Positions 10,843 to 22,276 are shown, counted from the first letter of the stretch. The stretch is DNA of 64,000 bases from an uncultured Gammaproteobacteria bacterium (GCA_964394645.1 CAYMYC010000001.1:117299-181298), one strand, 5' to 3'. Program-made: numbers and translations. Notes: generated from the sequence alone by a model not told the origin.

Positions 10843-13002
10843 ATGGCTGATCCATTAACAAAAGACCGCAACGTACCATTGGATAAAATTCGCAATATTG
10901 GGATTATTGCGCACATTGATGCAGGTAAAACTACAACTTCTGAGCGAATACTCTATTACACTGGAAAATCATACAAAATTGGAGATATTGATGATGGAAA
11001 TACTGTTATGGACTGGATGGATCAGGAGCGTGAACGGGGTATAACCATTGTGTCGGCTGCAACTACTACTTTTTGGACAAAAACAGAAGATCGCGCAAAA
11101 GGAATTGATAATCCATACAGAATTAACCTTATTGATACTCCAGGGCATGTAGATTTTACAGCCGAAGTAGAGCGTTCATTGCGCGTTTTGGATGGGGCAG
11201 TTACAGTGCTTGATGCAGAAGAAGGAGTGCAATCACAATCAGAAACAGTATGGCGTCAAGCTGATAAATATCATGTGCCACGCATTTGTTTCATAAATAA
11301 AATGGATAAATTAGGTGCAGATTTCTTAAAAACAGTTGCATCTATTGAAAAAAGATTAGGTGCAAATCCATGTATTATGGTTTTGCCTATTGGTGCTGAG
11401 AATGAATTTACTGGTGTTGTTGATCTCTTAAACATGAAATCCCTTGTGTGGTCAGGCGAAGAACTAGGTGCTAAATACGAAACTACTGATGAAATTCCAG
11501 AGAACATGAAAGCGCAAGTTGATGAATATAGGCTAAAAATGATTGAAAAGATTGCAGAAAATGACGATGAGTTGATGGAAAAATATTTGGAAGGAAAAGA
11601 GATTACTATTCCAGAATTAATGGCAGGGCTTAGACGTGCTGTAGTGGGATACAAATTGGTCCCAATTTATGCGGGATCATCATTAAGAAATAAAGGTGTT
11701 CAGCCCTTGCTTGATGCTGTTGTGGATTATCTTCCATCCCCTATGGATTTAAAGATGGTAAAAGGAATTAATCCTAAGAGTGGAGAGGAAGAAATTCGTG
11801 AATTAACTCCTGAAGCTCCATTTACTGGTTTTGCTTTTAAGGTTCAGATTGATTCACATGTAGGAAAAATTACATTTGTCCGTATTTATTCTGGGAAGTT
11901 AGTTTCTGGATCTTATGCATACAATTCCAGTAAAGACGTTCGCGAAAGGGTTGGAAGACTTCTTCTCATGCATTCAAATCAGCGTGAAGAAATAAAAGAG
12001 GCATATGCGGGAGAAATTGTAGCAGTTGTAGGACTTAAAGATACGATTACTGGTGAAACGCTTTGTGATGAAGCAAGGCCAATTATACTTGAGAAGATTT
12101 CATTTCCAGAACCAGTCATCTCTTTGGCTATTGAGCCCAAAACCAAGTCAGATCAAGAAAAAATGGGTCAAGCATTAAAAAGACTAATGGAGGAAGACCC
12201 TACTTTTACAGTAAAAATGAATCACGAAACTGGACAGACCATTATGTCTGGGGTTGGAGAGTTGCAGCTGGAAATTATGGTTGACCGTATGAAGCGCGAA
12301 TTTAATGTTGAGGCAAATGTCGGAGCACCTCAGGTTGCTTATAAGGAAACATTTGGACCTGGTGAAATTAAAGGGGAAGGAAAATATATCCGCCAAACAG
12401 GAGGAAAAGGACAATATGGACATTGTTTGATTCGCGTTGAGGGAAAGCCAAGAGGTGAAGGATACGAATTTGTAAATGCAATTAAGGGTGGAGCAATTCC
12501 TGCAGAATTCTGTACCTCAATAGAAAAAGGTATTAAAGAAACTCTTGAAAACGGGCTTTTACTTGGATATCCGGTTGTTGATTTAAAAGTTACATTGTAT
12601 GACGGGTCTTTTCATGAAGTCGACTCATCAGATATGGCATTTAAAATTGCTGGATCTATGGCGCTTCAGGATGCAGCGAAAAAAGGTCAGTTATCGCTTT
12701 TGGAGCCGATTATGAAAATAGAGGTAACCACCCCTGAAGAGTTTATGGGAGATGTGATAGGTGATCTTTCATCAAAGCGTGCACAGATTACGGGAACCGA
12801 AGAGCGCGGGAATGCGCGTATTATTCACGGAGAGGTTCCACTGGAAGAGCTTTCAGGATATGCTACTACAATTCGTTCTATGTCTCAGGGGCGTGCAACA
12901 TATTATATGGAGCCATCTCACTACCAAGAAGTTCCTCGAAACATTGTTGACGCAATGTTGGCAAAAACCACATTTACAGGACGTGTCTCCGCACAGTCAT
13001 AA
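10843..13002 (+). CDS. fusA: Elongation factor G
   Basis: AHIDAGKTT, DTPGHVDF, NKMD motifs; 719 aa. Confidence 0.99.
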   Translation: MADPLTKDRNVPLDKIRNIGIIAHIDAGKTTTSERILYYTGKSYKIGDIDDGNTVMDWMDQERERGITIVSAATTTFWTKTEDRAKGIDNPYRINLIDTPGHVDFTAEVERSLRVLDGAVTVLDAEEGVQSQSETVWRQADKYHVPRICFINKMDKLGADFLKTVASIEKRLGANPCIMVLPIGAENEFTGVVDLLNMKSLVWSGEELGAKYETTDEIPENMKAQVDEYRLKMIEKIAENDDELMEKYLEGKEITIPELMAGLRRAVVGYKLVPIYAGSSLRNKGVQPLLDAVVDYLPSPMDLKMVKGINPKSGEEEIRELTPEAPFTGFAFKVQIDSHVGKITFVRIYSGKLVSGSYAYNSSKDVRERVGRLLLMHSNQREEIKEAYAGEIVAVVGLKDTITGETLCDEARPIILEKISFPEPVISLAIEPKTKSDQEKMGQALKRLMEEDPTFTVKMNHETGQTIMSGVGELQLEIMVDRMKREFNVEANVGAPQVAYKETFGPGEIKGEGKYIRQTGGKGQYGHCLIRVEGKPRGEGYEFVNAIKGGAIPAEFCTSIEKGIKETLENGLLLGYPVVDLKVTLYDGSFHEVDSSDMAFKIAGSMALQDAAKKGQLSLLEPIMKIEVTTPEEFMGDVIGDLSSKRAQITGTEERGNARIIHGEVPLEELSGYATTIRSMSQGRATYYMEPSHYQEVPRNIVDAMLAKTTFTGRVSAQS

Positions 13003-13049
13003 ACTTCTTGAAAACTCAAGGATATAGTGATAATATTATTCAATAAATT

Positions 13050-13496
13050 ATGGTCGATATCTCAAGTATTCCCCAATTTGATAAATCTCAATTTAATAAT
13101 GACGGCTATGTAAAACGAATTGAAAAACCATGGGGTTATGAAATTCACTGGGTTCCGGAAGACGCGCCATATATGGGAAAAGTGCTACATATTAATGCGG
13201 GTGCACGACTTTCACTGCAAGTTCATGATGCAAAACAGGAAAGCTGGTTTATTACAAATGGTGAAGCAAAAGTCATGTGGGATAATAGCGATGGAGAACT
13301 TATTGAGACAACACTTATTTCCGGGCAGGGATTTAGCACGCAAATTGGACAAAGGCACAGGCTTATTGGCGTAACAGACTGTGATATTTTGGAAGTTTCA
13401 ACACCTGAAAAAGGAATAACTTGGAGACTTGAGGATGATTACGCCAGACCTCACGAAACAGAAGAGCAGAGAAAGAAAGAAAGAGGAGAAGAATAG
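13050..13496 (+). CDS. Cupin protein (mannose-6-phosphate isomerase type II C-terminal-like)
   Basis: KPWG...LSLQVH...ESW...HRL...EVST cupin pattern. Confidence 0.8.
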   Translation: MVDISSIPQFDKSQFNNDGYVKRIEKPWGYEIHWVPEDAPYMGKVLHINAGARLSLQVHDAKQESWFITNGEAKVMWDNSDGELIETTLISGQGFSTQIGQRHRLIGVTDCDILEVSTPEKGITWRLEDDYARPHETEEQRKKERGEE

Positions 13497-13505
13497 AAAT
13501 TATTT

Positions 13506-14549
13506 ATGATAGACTTTACAAACATAGACGAAGTAAAAAGACTTGATCCTCAGGATACCTTGCGTTCTACACAATTACTTCCCGAGCAGTTGGAAGCTGC
13601 ATGGGATGAGGTAAGGCAAATTCAAATTCCTCAGGGATATAATAATGTTTCAAACATTATTTTTTGTGGTATGGGGGCATCCATATATGGAGCTTTAGTT
13701 GTGAAGGCACTCTTTGGTTCTGATTTCTCGTATCCTGTAGAAATGATATCAGATTATCATCTCCCAAAATATGTGAATAGTAATTCACTCGTAGTTTTAA
13801 CAAGCTATTCAGGTACGACTGAGGAGGTTTTGTCTTGCGCACAAGAAGCACATGAAAAAGGGGCAAAAATGTTGATACTCACAAAAGGTGGTCAATTGGC
13901 AGAGTTTGCGAAACAAAAAAAAGTACCTTCGTATATATTTAATGGAGCGTTAAACCCTGCGGGTGTTCCTAGGCTTGGTAATGGGTACACAATAATTGGA
14001 CTTATGGGTCTTTTACATAATGCAGGGATAATTAAACTAGACGAAGGCTTATTGAAGGGGGGAATTGAACATATTAGAAAAAACAAAGACGCTATTATTG
14101 AGCGAGCCATGCATGATGCGCATAGTATGGTAGGTAAAATTCCGGTTATATTTGCAGCAGAGCATTTATCAGGAAATGCTCAGATTTTAAGAAACCAATT
14201 TAATGAAACAAGTAAAACTTTTTCTGCTTATTATCTAATTCCTGATTTAAATCACCATCTCATGGAGGGTCTACAGTTTCCATCCCCTAGTAATTTAAAG
14301 TTTATGATATTTGATTCTCATGTATATTCTCCAAAAATTCAAAAAAGAGTTGAGCTAACTTTAGATGTTGTTCGTCAAAATAATCATACAATACTTGAAT
14401 ATATTACTCGTGGAACTGACAAGTATCAGGATTTTCTTGAGGTATTGTCACTTGGTTCATATACTACTTTATATTTGGGGCTTTTATATGAGCAAAATCC
14501 GGCAATAAATCCTTGGGTCGACTACTTTAAGGAAAAATTAACAGAGTAG
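13506..14549 (+). CDS. Bifunctional phosphoglucose/phosphomannose isomerase-like SIS protein
   Basis: CGMGAS, SYSGTTEE, NQFNETSK, LNHH motifs. Confidence 0.85.
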   Translation: MIDFTNIDEVKRLDPQDTLRSTQLLPEQLEAAWDEVRQIQIPQGYNNVSNIIFCGMGASIYGALVVKALFGSDFSYPVEMISDYHLPKYVNSNSLVVLTSYSGTTEEVLSCAQEAHEKGAKMLILTKGGQLAEFAKQKKVPSYIFNGALNPAGVPRLGNGYTIIGLMGLLHNAGIIKLDEGLLKGGIEHIRKNKDAIIERAMHDAHSMVGKIPVIFAAEHLSGNAQILRNQFNETSKTFSAYYLIPDLNHHLMEGLQFPSPSNLKFMIFDSHVYSPKIQKRVELTLDVVRQNNHTILEYITRGTDKYQDFLEVLSLGSYTTLYLGLLYEQNPAINPWVDYFKEKLTE

Positions 14550-14553
14550 ACAT

Positions 14554-14871
14554 ATGAGGTTCTCTCCTACCCTTTTTTTGATTCTACAATTTTTTATTAT
14601 TTTCCCTTCAATACTTTTTGTTTTAGGTATATTTTTTACATTTTTTGTAAATGATGTTGTGTTGTATAGCCTTGTAATTTCAAAAAGCACAGTACAGAAT
14701 ATAGGTGTTTTGATTATTTCTCCTTTGGCTTCTGGATTTGTTGCCTACCATTATCTAGAGTATTATCGACCGCAGGGGTTCGTAGGATTAGTATCAAAAT
14801 GTTTGTTAGGATACGCAATAATAGTTTTGGGTATTACCTTCATTTTCCACTTTTTGAATTTTTTCTTCTAG
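14554..14871 (+). CDS. Small hypothetical membrane protein
   Basis: Three hydrophobic segments, operonic spacing. Confidence 0.6.
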   Translation: MRFSPTLFLILQFFIIFPSILFVLGIFFTFFVNDVVLYSLVISKSTVQNIGVLIISPLASGFVAYHYLEYYRPQGFVGLVSKCLLGYAIIVLGITFIFHFLNFFF

Positions 14872-14912
14872 CATTTCTTGATTAACACATACTAATCACA
14901 TACAATATCGAC

Positions 14913-15881
14913 ATGATAGTTATTAGGGATGCGCGAATGAAAGATTATTTGTGGTATAAAATTGGTGGAAATGCGCGTTATCTCCTGCAATGCTTTTCTG
15001 AAGAAGATATAATTGAAGCTTTTGAGTTTATAAAAAAAGAAAAAATTGATAACTATTTTGTAGTAGGTATGGGTTCAAACCTTCTCTTTACTGACGGGTA
15101 CTTTGACGGAGCGGTTATACAAATAGTTATAGATACACCCGGTGCGGAAATTACACTTTTAGATAAAGAAACAATACGAGCATTTTCTGGAGTGGAACTT
15201 GACTCTGTAATTCAATTTGCTTTTGAGAACAACTTATTGGGAATGGAATGGGCAGGTGGATTACCAGGTACGGTTGGAGCAGCAGTTAGGGGGAATGTTG
15301 GTGCATTTGGTGGTGAAATGAAAGATTGCTTTAAGGCAGGGCGTGTTCTTGTTTATGAGAACGGAAAATACACAGTTTCAGATTTAAATAAACGGGATAT
15401 AAAATTTGCATATAGGACAAGCACAATAAAAAAACAAAAAAACATGATTGTGCTTTCTGCCACATTTAAGCTTAAAAGAGTTGATGATAAAAAGTTAGGG
15501 TGGGGAAAACAAACATACTTTGCAAATATAGAGTATCGGAAGAACAAACACCCGATGGATTTTCCCTCAACAGGATCTGCGTTTAAAAACATAAATAGTC
15601 CAGAGAACATAAAAAAAATATTAAATGTTTTTCCTGACATTGAATCTGATGTGAGAATTAAGTGGCATGGGAAAGTGAGTATGGGATATCTAAATAAACG
15701 TCTTGACCTCTCTGGCTTACAAGTCGGTCAAGCACATATCTCAAATAAACATAGTAATTTTATAGTAAATTTAGGAGGTGCGACTGCGTTAGATGTTTTG
15801 TCAATAATAAAAAAAGTAAAGGAAAGATTTCAGGAAACATTTGGATTTATCCCTGAGCCTGAGGTAGAAATAGTGCAGTAA
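14913..15881 (+). CDS. murB: UDP-N-acetylenolpyruvoylglucosamine reductase
   Basis: GMGSNLL, GLPGTVGAAVRGNVGAFG, STGSAFKN, KHSNFIVN, PEV. Confidence 0.95.
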   Translation: MIVIRDARMKDYLWYKIGGNARYLLQCFSEEDIIEAFEFIKKEKIDNYFVVGMGSNLLFTDGYFDGAVIQIVIDTPGAEITLLDKETIRAFSGVELDSVIQFAFENNLLGMEWAGGLPGTVGAAVRGNVGAFGGEMKDCFKAGRVLVYENGKYTVSDLNKRDIKFAYRTSTIKKQKNMIVLSATFKLKRVDDKKLGWGKQTYFANIEYRKNKHPMDFPSTGSAFKNINSPENIKKILNVFPDIESDVRIKWHGKVSMGYLNKRLDLSGLQVGQAHISNKHSNFIVNLGGATALDVLSIIKKVKERFQETFGFIPEPEVEIVQ

Positions 15882-15883
15882 TT

Positions 15884-16687
15884 ATGAAAAATAAACACAA
15901 ACTAATTATTTCAGATTATGATGGAACACTTGCAGGTAAGGATCACAAAATTTCTCAAGCAACCTCATCTGCAATTAAAAAATGGGTAGCATCAGGAAGA
16001 AATTTTACAATTGCAACAGGACGTCAATTTCTCATGATAAAACATGAAGCAAGAGAATTAGGTCTTACGACTCCTCAGATAACAAGGGGAGGTGCGGAAA
16101 TTATAGATCCCTTAACAGAGAAAGTGATATATTCTGAGCTTATTGATCAGCCAACCGTTGAAGACTTCACTTCATTTATGAAGAAAAACGGATACGGATT
16201 CATAGTTGAACAAAACGGTATATTGTATTCAACGTATCCTACGAGTTATGGATATCCTGAAATTCAAGAACTACCATTTGATGATTTTGTGATGTCGTCA
16301 GCCCCTAAGATACTTGTTTCATTGAGGGGGAAAGATATTAACGAGAGTGAAAAGTTTTTGGAAGATGTGGTTACGAAAAAGTATCCGCAGCTTCATATAG
16401 CAAAAAGCTACAATCCAATAGAAAAAGTTTGGGATGTAACTTCATTATCTGCCACAAAGCATCTGGCTGTTCTTGAGTTGTTAAAATTACTAGATGTACC
16501 CAGGGAAGAAGCTGTGGGAGTGGGAGACGGATATAATGATTTTCCCTTGCTTGAAGCATGCGGTTTAAAAGTTGCAATGGGAAATGCTGTGGAGGAATTA
16601 AAAGCTATTGCAGATTTTGTAGTCCCTACACAGAAAGAGGAAGGGGTCGTATTTCTTATTGAAAAACTACTAAGAGAAGAGGTTTAA
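15884..16687 (+). CDS. Cof-type HAD-IIB hydrolase
   Basis: SDYDGTL, ATGR, GDGYND, AMGNA motifs. Confidence 0.92.
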   Translation: MKNKHKLIISDYDGTLAGKDHKISQATSSAIKKWVASGRNFTIATGRQFLMIKHEARELGLTTPQITRGGAEIIDPLTEKVIYSELIDQPTVEDFTSFMKKNGYGFIVEQNGILYSTYPTSYGYPEIQELPFDDFVMSSAPKILVSLRGKDINESEKFLEDVVTKKYPQLHIAKSYNPIEKVWDVTSLSATKHLAVLELLKLLDVPREEAVGVGDGYNDFPLLEACGLKVAMGNAVEELKAIADFVVPTQKEEGVVFLIEKLLREEV

Positions 16688-16868
16688 AATCAGGCATATA
16701 AAAAATTATTTTTTTATAGAAAATGGTTTTCAAAAGATATAAGGCTATAAAGTAAATTTACGCTTAGTTTATTATATCTCGCAAACATTTTTGGTCTTGA
16801 AATGGATTTGGATTTTTTTTTGACTGAGAAGTATAAGTTACGATCAGTCATTGTGATACAATGTTTGC

Positions 16869-17933
16869 GTGCGAAAGATATTTTTACTTCTTGTTGTATT
16901 TTCCTGTTTTCTTGCTTTATTCCTATATCATAAATCAACACTTCAAAATCAAACAGCTCAGCCAATTAAGGAGAGGAAAGTTGCAAAGATAGAAAAAAAG
17001 ACTTCTCCAAACGAGGAATACTTATTTGTTCCCTACTGGACTATTAATGAAAATATTTCAGCAAGCGGGATGACTTTAGTATATTTTGGGGTCATGGGAG
17101 GGGAAAATGGGGTTGAACAGGATGAGGATGGATATAGAAATTTATCTGCGTTTGAGAAGAACAAAAATAAAAAAAACAGTTTATTGGTTTTAAGGATGCT
17201 AAATACTGATACTAATTTAGATATATTAAAAGATAAAAAACTGCAGGAGCGAATTATTGATGAGACAATAATTCTTGCAAAGAAACACCATTTTTCAGGG
17301 ATTATGTTAGACTTTGAAACGCAGGGCTTGCCTTTTAAGGCGTTACTGGAGAGTATCACCTCTATGCATACATTATTTTCAAAGAAAGTCCTTCTGTCAG
17401 ATCTATCATTTGGCACATTACTATTTGGAGACACTTTTTATAGAGTACGCCCATATGATGTAGAAAAGATTGCAAAAGTGGTAGATCGTGTATATATAAT
17501 GGCGTATGACTTTAGTAAGGCAAAAGGTGATCCTGGTCCAAATTTCCCATTAAATGGGGAAGGTAAGTATGGGTATGATTTTAAGATAATGGTTCACGAC
17601 TTTTTAGATGTCATACCTAAACACAAGTTGACTATTATTTTCGGTATGTTTGGGTACGACTGGAAAATTGATGAGAAAGGAAGAGGTCGTGAACAGGCAA
17701 TTTCAAAAAGTACAATTGCATTTGAAAAATTTATGTCAACCTGCGCATATAAGAATACATGTGTTACGAAAGTGGATAACCAATCGGCAGAAACCAACAT
17801 CACATATACCTCTGAGAATAAGGAGAATCATGTGATTTGGTTTGAGAGTTTTGAATCTGTTGTAAGAAAAAAAGCATTTCTTACTGAATTGGATTTGCGA
17901 TCAGTTGGCTACTGGGCGTACTCATATTATTAG
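16869..17933 (+). CDS. Exported glycoside hydrolase family 18-like protein
   Basis: N-terminal signal/TM segment, GIMLDFE, IMAYDF, FGYDW, terminal VGYW. Confidence 0.75.
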   Translation: MRKIFLLLVVFSCFLALFLYHKSTLQNQTAQPIKERKVAKIEKKTSPNEEYLFVPYWTINENISASGMTLVYFGVMGGENGVEQDEDGYRNLSAFEKNKNKKNSLLVLRMLNTDTNLDILKDKKLQERIIDETIILAKKHHFSGIMLDFETQGLPFKALLESITSMHTLFSKKVLLSDLSFGTLLFGDTFYRVRPYDVEKIAKVVDRVYIMAYDFSKAKGDPGPNFPLNGEGKYGYDFKIMVHDFLDVIPKHKLTIIFGMFGYDWKIDEKGRGREQAISKSTIAFEKFMSTCAYKNTCVTKVDNQSAETNITYTSENKENHVIWFESFESVVRKKAFLTELDLRSVGYWAYSYY

Positions 17934-18504
17934 ATTCCTCTTTGCAGTAAATTGTTAGAGGTGTGGTTTTAACCAAAAGAGAAGAGGGAGTTTTCTGAGA
18001 CCCAAGAGAACTTTTATTTAAAAAATGTATGGTATAAGTTCCGGCGGAAAGTGGTGAGATTATAGTAAAAGTCAGTAATGCAACCTTGTTGTTTCCTTTT
18101 TTTTCTGTGCTTTGGTTCTTAAGTTCCAGGGCAAGCGATGCTCTTCCATACTGTTCACGCGTTTCCTCAAGTAGGATAGAATAGTCAGTACTTTCTCCGA
18201 AGAAATTTGGAGAAGTTGGGGTAAGTCTTACGCTATGAATTATCTCAGGATCATACGATAATTCAATTTGTGCGCTATTTAGGTAATTGTTTTTAGAAGA
18301 TAGGTAAATAGGAACTTCATAAGAAGAGCTTAAGCATGAGGATGTGATAATGCTTGGTTTAAAGTAAAGCGTAGAAGATGGTGGAGTGGATTCAGGCTCT
18401 TTTTTTTGTTGAGACAGGTTAAAGGGTGATATGTATGACAATAAAAGAAAGATAATTATAAAAACAAAAATAGTTACACCTAAAACAACGAAATATTTAC
18501 TCAT
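17881..18504 (-). CDS. Membrane-anchored cohesin-like domain protein
   Basis: N-terminal TM helix, beta-rich domain with VPIYL...AQIELSYDP...VALLTF resembling cohesin; adjacent to a dockerin-bearing gene. Confidence 0.6.
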   Translation of the reverse strand: MSKYFVVLGVTIFVFIIIFLLLSYISPFNLSQQKKEPESTPPSSTLYFKPSIITSSCLSSSYEVPIYLSSKNNYLNSAQIELSYDPEIIHSVRLTPTSPNFFGESTDYSILLEETREQYGRASLALELKNQSTEKKGNNKVALLTFTIISPLSAGTYTIHFLNKSSLGSQKTPSSLLVKTTPLTIYCKEESNNMSTPSSQLIANPIQ

Positions 18505-18507
18505 GAG

Positions 18508-20886
18508 TTAATCTCCGCCTCTTTCTCTCAGTTGTCTTAAGAAAATATTTAGATCTTTTTCATCTACGATTCCGTCATCATCAAAATCCGCTGTTGTGTT
18601 ATTGCAGTTATTGTTTATTATGCAATTAACTATGATGTTATAATCCAAAATATCAAGTATTCCATCTTGTGTTAAATCTCCAACAGTTAGTGTAGTTGTA
18701 GGAAGAGTTATATTATTGGTGCTATCTTTTATAGTATAAAAACCAGGGATAGCCTTTTTAAGGGTAGGAGACCCATCAGCAAAATTCACTTTTATTTGAT
18801 ATGTGCCTGCCGGAACACTTAAAAGTGGCGCTTCTGCTGAAAACACACCGTTTGCATAGGTTAGAGGAGTTGTTGTCAATGAAACAACTTCTCCTTTATT
18901 GTTAATAAACTCAATACTAGCAACTCTGGATTTAGAAATAGGGTTTGTATTTCCTCCTACGCCTATCCCAGGTTGAACCAAGGTTACTTTCATTGTGCCT
19001 TTGGATGAGGATAATGTGGGTGTAGGATTTGATGGAGAAGGAGAAGGAGAAGGAGTGCTTGCAATAGGAGTGGTATTAGGTACAGTTGGAGTAGGATTTT
19101 GTGGTTGATCTGTTGGTGTTGGATTCTGATTGTCAGGTGCCAGAGAGTTTATTGCGCGTGCTAAATTTAACCTTGGACCAATAGGTAGATCAGTTGAGAC
19201 AGTGTCTGCGTTTGAAACTAATATATTTTTTATTTCGTCTGGGGATAGATTTGGTTTGATAGATAGGAGAAGTCCTGCAGCTCCTGCGACATGAGGAGCT
19301 GCCATAGAGGTTCCGTTCTCGTTTGCGTAAACCGCTTGTCCACCTTGAGAGTATGTTGATATAATATCAACACCTGGAGCAGATAGGGTAACAACTGATC
19401 CATAATTCGAGAAACTCGCTCGGTTATCGTTCTGATCTGTTGCTCCTACTGTTATAACACCATTGCAATTTGCAGGAGCAAACGAAGATGCATTTTGACT
19501 ATTGTTTCCTGCGGCGACTATTACAGCTGCGCCTTTGCTTCGAGCATAATTTATTGCCTGTTGGTAATCAGCTGGGCACGGTCCTGGTCCTCCAAGGCTC
19601 ATATTTATTGCTTTGGCTCCATTATCAGCCGCATAAATGATACCTTGTGTAATTGTGGTATCATTTTCAGATCCGCATTTACCATTTGATAATGGTCCCA
19701 TGATTTTTATTGCTATCATTTTTATATTCCAGTTAATTCCTGCCACCCCTTTTCCATTATTTGTTAGGGCTCCAATAGTTCCTGCAACGTGCGTTCCATG
19801 TCCGCAGTCATCCATAGGATCGTTATTATTTGCGAAATAATTTGGTCCCTTTACGACATTTGTTGACAAATCGGGATGATTATAGTCAACCCCGGTATCA
19901 TTTACAGAGACAATTACGCTATCTGATCCTTTTGTTCTATCCCAAGTTGTAGGGGCTTGGATTTTTTGAAGACCCCACTCCTGCCCATAATAAGGATCAT
20001 TTGGTGTTTCAAATGGATAGATTTTTCTAACAGGACGGATATAAGAAACTTCTGGAAGAGTAGCATATTTTTCAAGCGTTTCGTTGACGTTTGTTGATCC
20101 ATCAGTTGTTACAATATAGGAGTTTTGTAATGAATCAGGAGCTTGGGATACGTTTTGTGAGATTAAGGGTTTTTCTGATTTTAGTCCAACATCATTGGCT
20201 ACGTTATATATTCTTAATAATTTTTCCTCAGGTGTATCTTCTCCTTGAGCCTGTAAACTAACATTTTCGGCAGCAACTCGAGCAGTCCCGAGTATTGTAT
20301 TTTGTGCAGATACTCTTCTGTTTACATCTGAAGAGAGATCGACAGGTGTCTGTCCTTCTTTATATTGAATAAGAAATTTGTTTGGAGTAATAGTTGAATC
20401 TTCAGAACTTATTCTTGATGTAAATCTAAAATAATTATAGTCAACGTTTTGGACTTCTGGAATTTCTTTTATTTTTTTAAGTGCCTCATTAAGATTAGTT
20501 CCTTTTTTCAACGTTACTATGCTTGTTGTCGTTCCCCAAGGAAAACTTGTTGATTCTGACTTTACAACTCCTGCTTTTTTAAGACCCGTATTAATCTCGA
20601 CAAGTTTATTTTCGTAATAAGAAATAGGTTTTTCTTTTCCAGTTAACACTTTTATCTGATATCTGATAAGACCAGGGAGCGCTTTTGTTAGCATTTTTCT
20701 TTGCGTAATTTCATTTGATAATTCTTTAGGGGAATTTTTGGCAATATAGGTGACAACAAGTTTATCTTGTGAGAATTGTGGAGTTGTAGGGTATGTTTCG
20801 GGGGGAGGCACCTGTATTATTTGCGAATTTGCAGACGATACGAAAAAAAACAAAAGAAAAATAGCTAGAAAAAGTTTTTTTAGCAT
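18508..20886 (-). CDS. Secreted subtilisin-like (S8) protease with P/T-rich linker and C-terminal dockerin-like domain
   Basis: DTGVD, HGTHVAG, GTSMAAPHVAG triad; tandem GDLTQDGILDILD and ADFDDDGIVDEKD Ca-binding repeats. Confidence 0.92.
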   Translation of the reverse strand: MLKKLFLAIFLLFFFVSSANSQIIQVPPPETYPTTPQFSQDKLVVTYIAKNSPKELSNEITQRKMLTKALPGLIRYQIKVLTGKEKPISYYENKLVEINTGLKKAGVVKSESTSFPWGTTTSIVTLKKGTNLNEALKKIKEIPEVQNVDYNYFRFTSRISSEDSTITPNKFLIQYKEGQTPVDLSSDVNRRVSAQNTILGTARVAAENVSLQAQGEDTPEEKLLRIYNVANDVGLKSEKPLISQNVSQAPDSLQNSYIVTTDGSTNVNETLEKYATLPEVSYIRPVRKIYPFETPNDPYYGQEWGLQKIQAPTTWDRTKGSDSVIVSVNDTGVDYNHPDLSTNVVKGPNYFANNNDPMDDCGHGTHVAGTIGALTNNGKGVAGINWNIKMIAIKIMGPLSNGKCGSENDTTITQGIIYAADNGAKAINMSLGGPGPCPADYQQAINYARSKGAAVIVAAGNNSQNASSFAPANCNGVITVGATDQNDNRASFSNYGSVVTLSAPGVDIISTYSQGGQAVYANENGTSMAAPHVAGAAGLLLSIKPNLSPDEIKNILVSNADTVSTDLPIGPRLNLARAINSLAPDNQNPTPTDQPQNPTPTVPNTTPIASTPSPSPSPSNPTPTLSSSKGTMKVTLVQPGIGVGGNTNPISKSRVASIEFINNKGEVVSLTTTPLTYANGVFSAEAPLLSVPAGTYQIKVNFADGSPTLKKAIPGFYTIKDSTNNITLPTTTLTVGDLTQDGILDILDYNIIVNCIINNNCNNTTADFDDDGIVDEKDLNIFLRQLRERGGD

Positions 20887-21097
20887 AGCTACACTATATT
20901 ATGAATTGCAGGTTCATATCAAGTAGATTTTTGTTAATTTACCCCTTGACGAGTTTTGAAAGATGTAGTATTATTCTTTCTACACCTTTAAAAAGGTGTT
21001 TATTTTTTCTCAGGAATAATATATGTTCTCTCTTGAGTATCTGAGTGTCAACATATTTTTTAAAAAACTGATTAGAATAGAAAGGAATATTTAAAAA

Positions 21098-22276
21098 ATG
21101 GCAACATTTCAAAGAAACAAACCACACGTTAATATAGGAACCATCGGTCACGTTGACCATGGTAAAACCACGCTAACTGCAGCTATAACCACTGTTCTTG
21201 CAAAAAAAGGAATGGCAGAGGCAAGAAAATATGAAGATATTGATAATGCTCCAGAAGAACGAGCTCGTGGAGTTACGATCAACATTTCTCATCAAGAATA
21301 CGAAACTGAAAAAAGACACTACGCACATATTGATGCTCCAGGACATGCAGATTACATTAAAAACATGATTACAGGTGCCGCTCAAATGGACGGAGCTATC
21401 TTAGTAGTCTCTGCAGCTGACGGTCCAATGCCTCAAACACGTGAACACATCCTTCTTGCGCGTCAGGTTGGAGTTCCAGCTCTTGTTGTTTTTCTTAATA
21501 AAGTAGACATGGTACAAGATCCAGAGCTTATTGATTTAGTTGAGATGGAAGTACGTGAACTTCTCTCAAAGTATCAATATCCAGGCGATGAAATCCCTAT
21601 GGTTAAGGGATCAGCCTTAAAAGCTACTCAGGGAGATGCAGAAGCTGAGGAGCAAATAATGGAATTAATGGCAAAAGTTGATGAATATATTCCTACTCCA
21701 GAACGACCAACAGATAAGCCGTTATTAATGCCTGTTGAAGATGTCTTTTCAATCAAAGGACGCGGAACAGTTGTTACAGGAAGAATTGAACGAGGAATTG
21801 TAAAGATTAATGATACTGTTGCAATCATAGGTATTAAACCTACAAAAGAAGTAGTGGTTACTGGAGTTGAGATGTTTAGAAAACAATTAGATGAAGGACA
21901 AGCTGGAGATAACGTAGGATTACTTCTTCGCGGAATTGAAAAGCAGGATGTTGAACGCGGACAAGTTATAGCAAAACCCGGAAGTATTACTCCACACACA
22001 AAATTTGAAGCTGAAGTTTATATCTTAACCAAAGAAGAAGGCGGAAGGCACACTCCATTCTTTTCAGGATACAGACCTCAATTTTATATCAGAACAACTG
22101 ACGTAACAGGTGAAATTAAACTCCAAGAAGGCGTTGAAATGGTTATGCCAGGAGACAACGCAAAAATGACAGCAGAACTTATAGTTCCAGTTGCTATGGA
22201 AGAAGGAATGAGATTTGCAATCCGAGAAGGTGGAAGAACAGTTGGGGCAGGAGTAGTTACCAAAATCTTAGCTTAG
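21098..22276 (+). CDS. tuf: Elongation factor Tu
   Basis: [31 protein letters not shown]. Confidence 0.99.
   Translation: MATFQRNKPHVNIGTIGHVDHGKTTLTAAITTVLAKKGMAEARKYEDIDNAPEERARGVTINISHQEYETEKRHYAHIDAPGHADYIKNMITGAAQMDGAILVVSAADGPMPQTREHILLARQVGVPALVVFLNKVDMVQDPELIDLVEMEVRELLSKYQYPGDEIPMVKGSALKATQGDAEAEEQIMELMAKVDEYIPTPERPTDKPLLMPVEDVFSIKGRGTVVTGRIERGIVKINDTVAIIGIKPTKEVVVTGVEMFRKQLDEGQAGDNVGLLLRGIEKQDVERGQVIAKPGSITPHTKFEAEVYILTKEEGGRHTPFFSGYRPQFYIRTTDVTGEIKLQEGVEMVMPGDNAKMTAELIVPVAMEEGMRFAIREGGRTVGAGVVTKILA

Noticed and set aside
19010-19140. GAAGGA-type short repeats
   Set aside because: They encode the Pro/Ser/Thr linker of the S8 protease.
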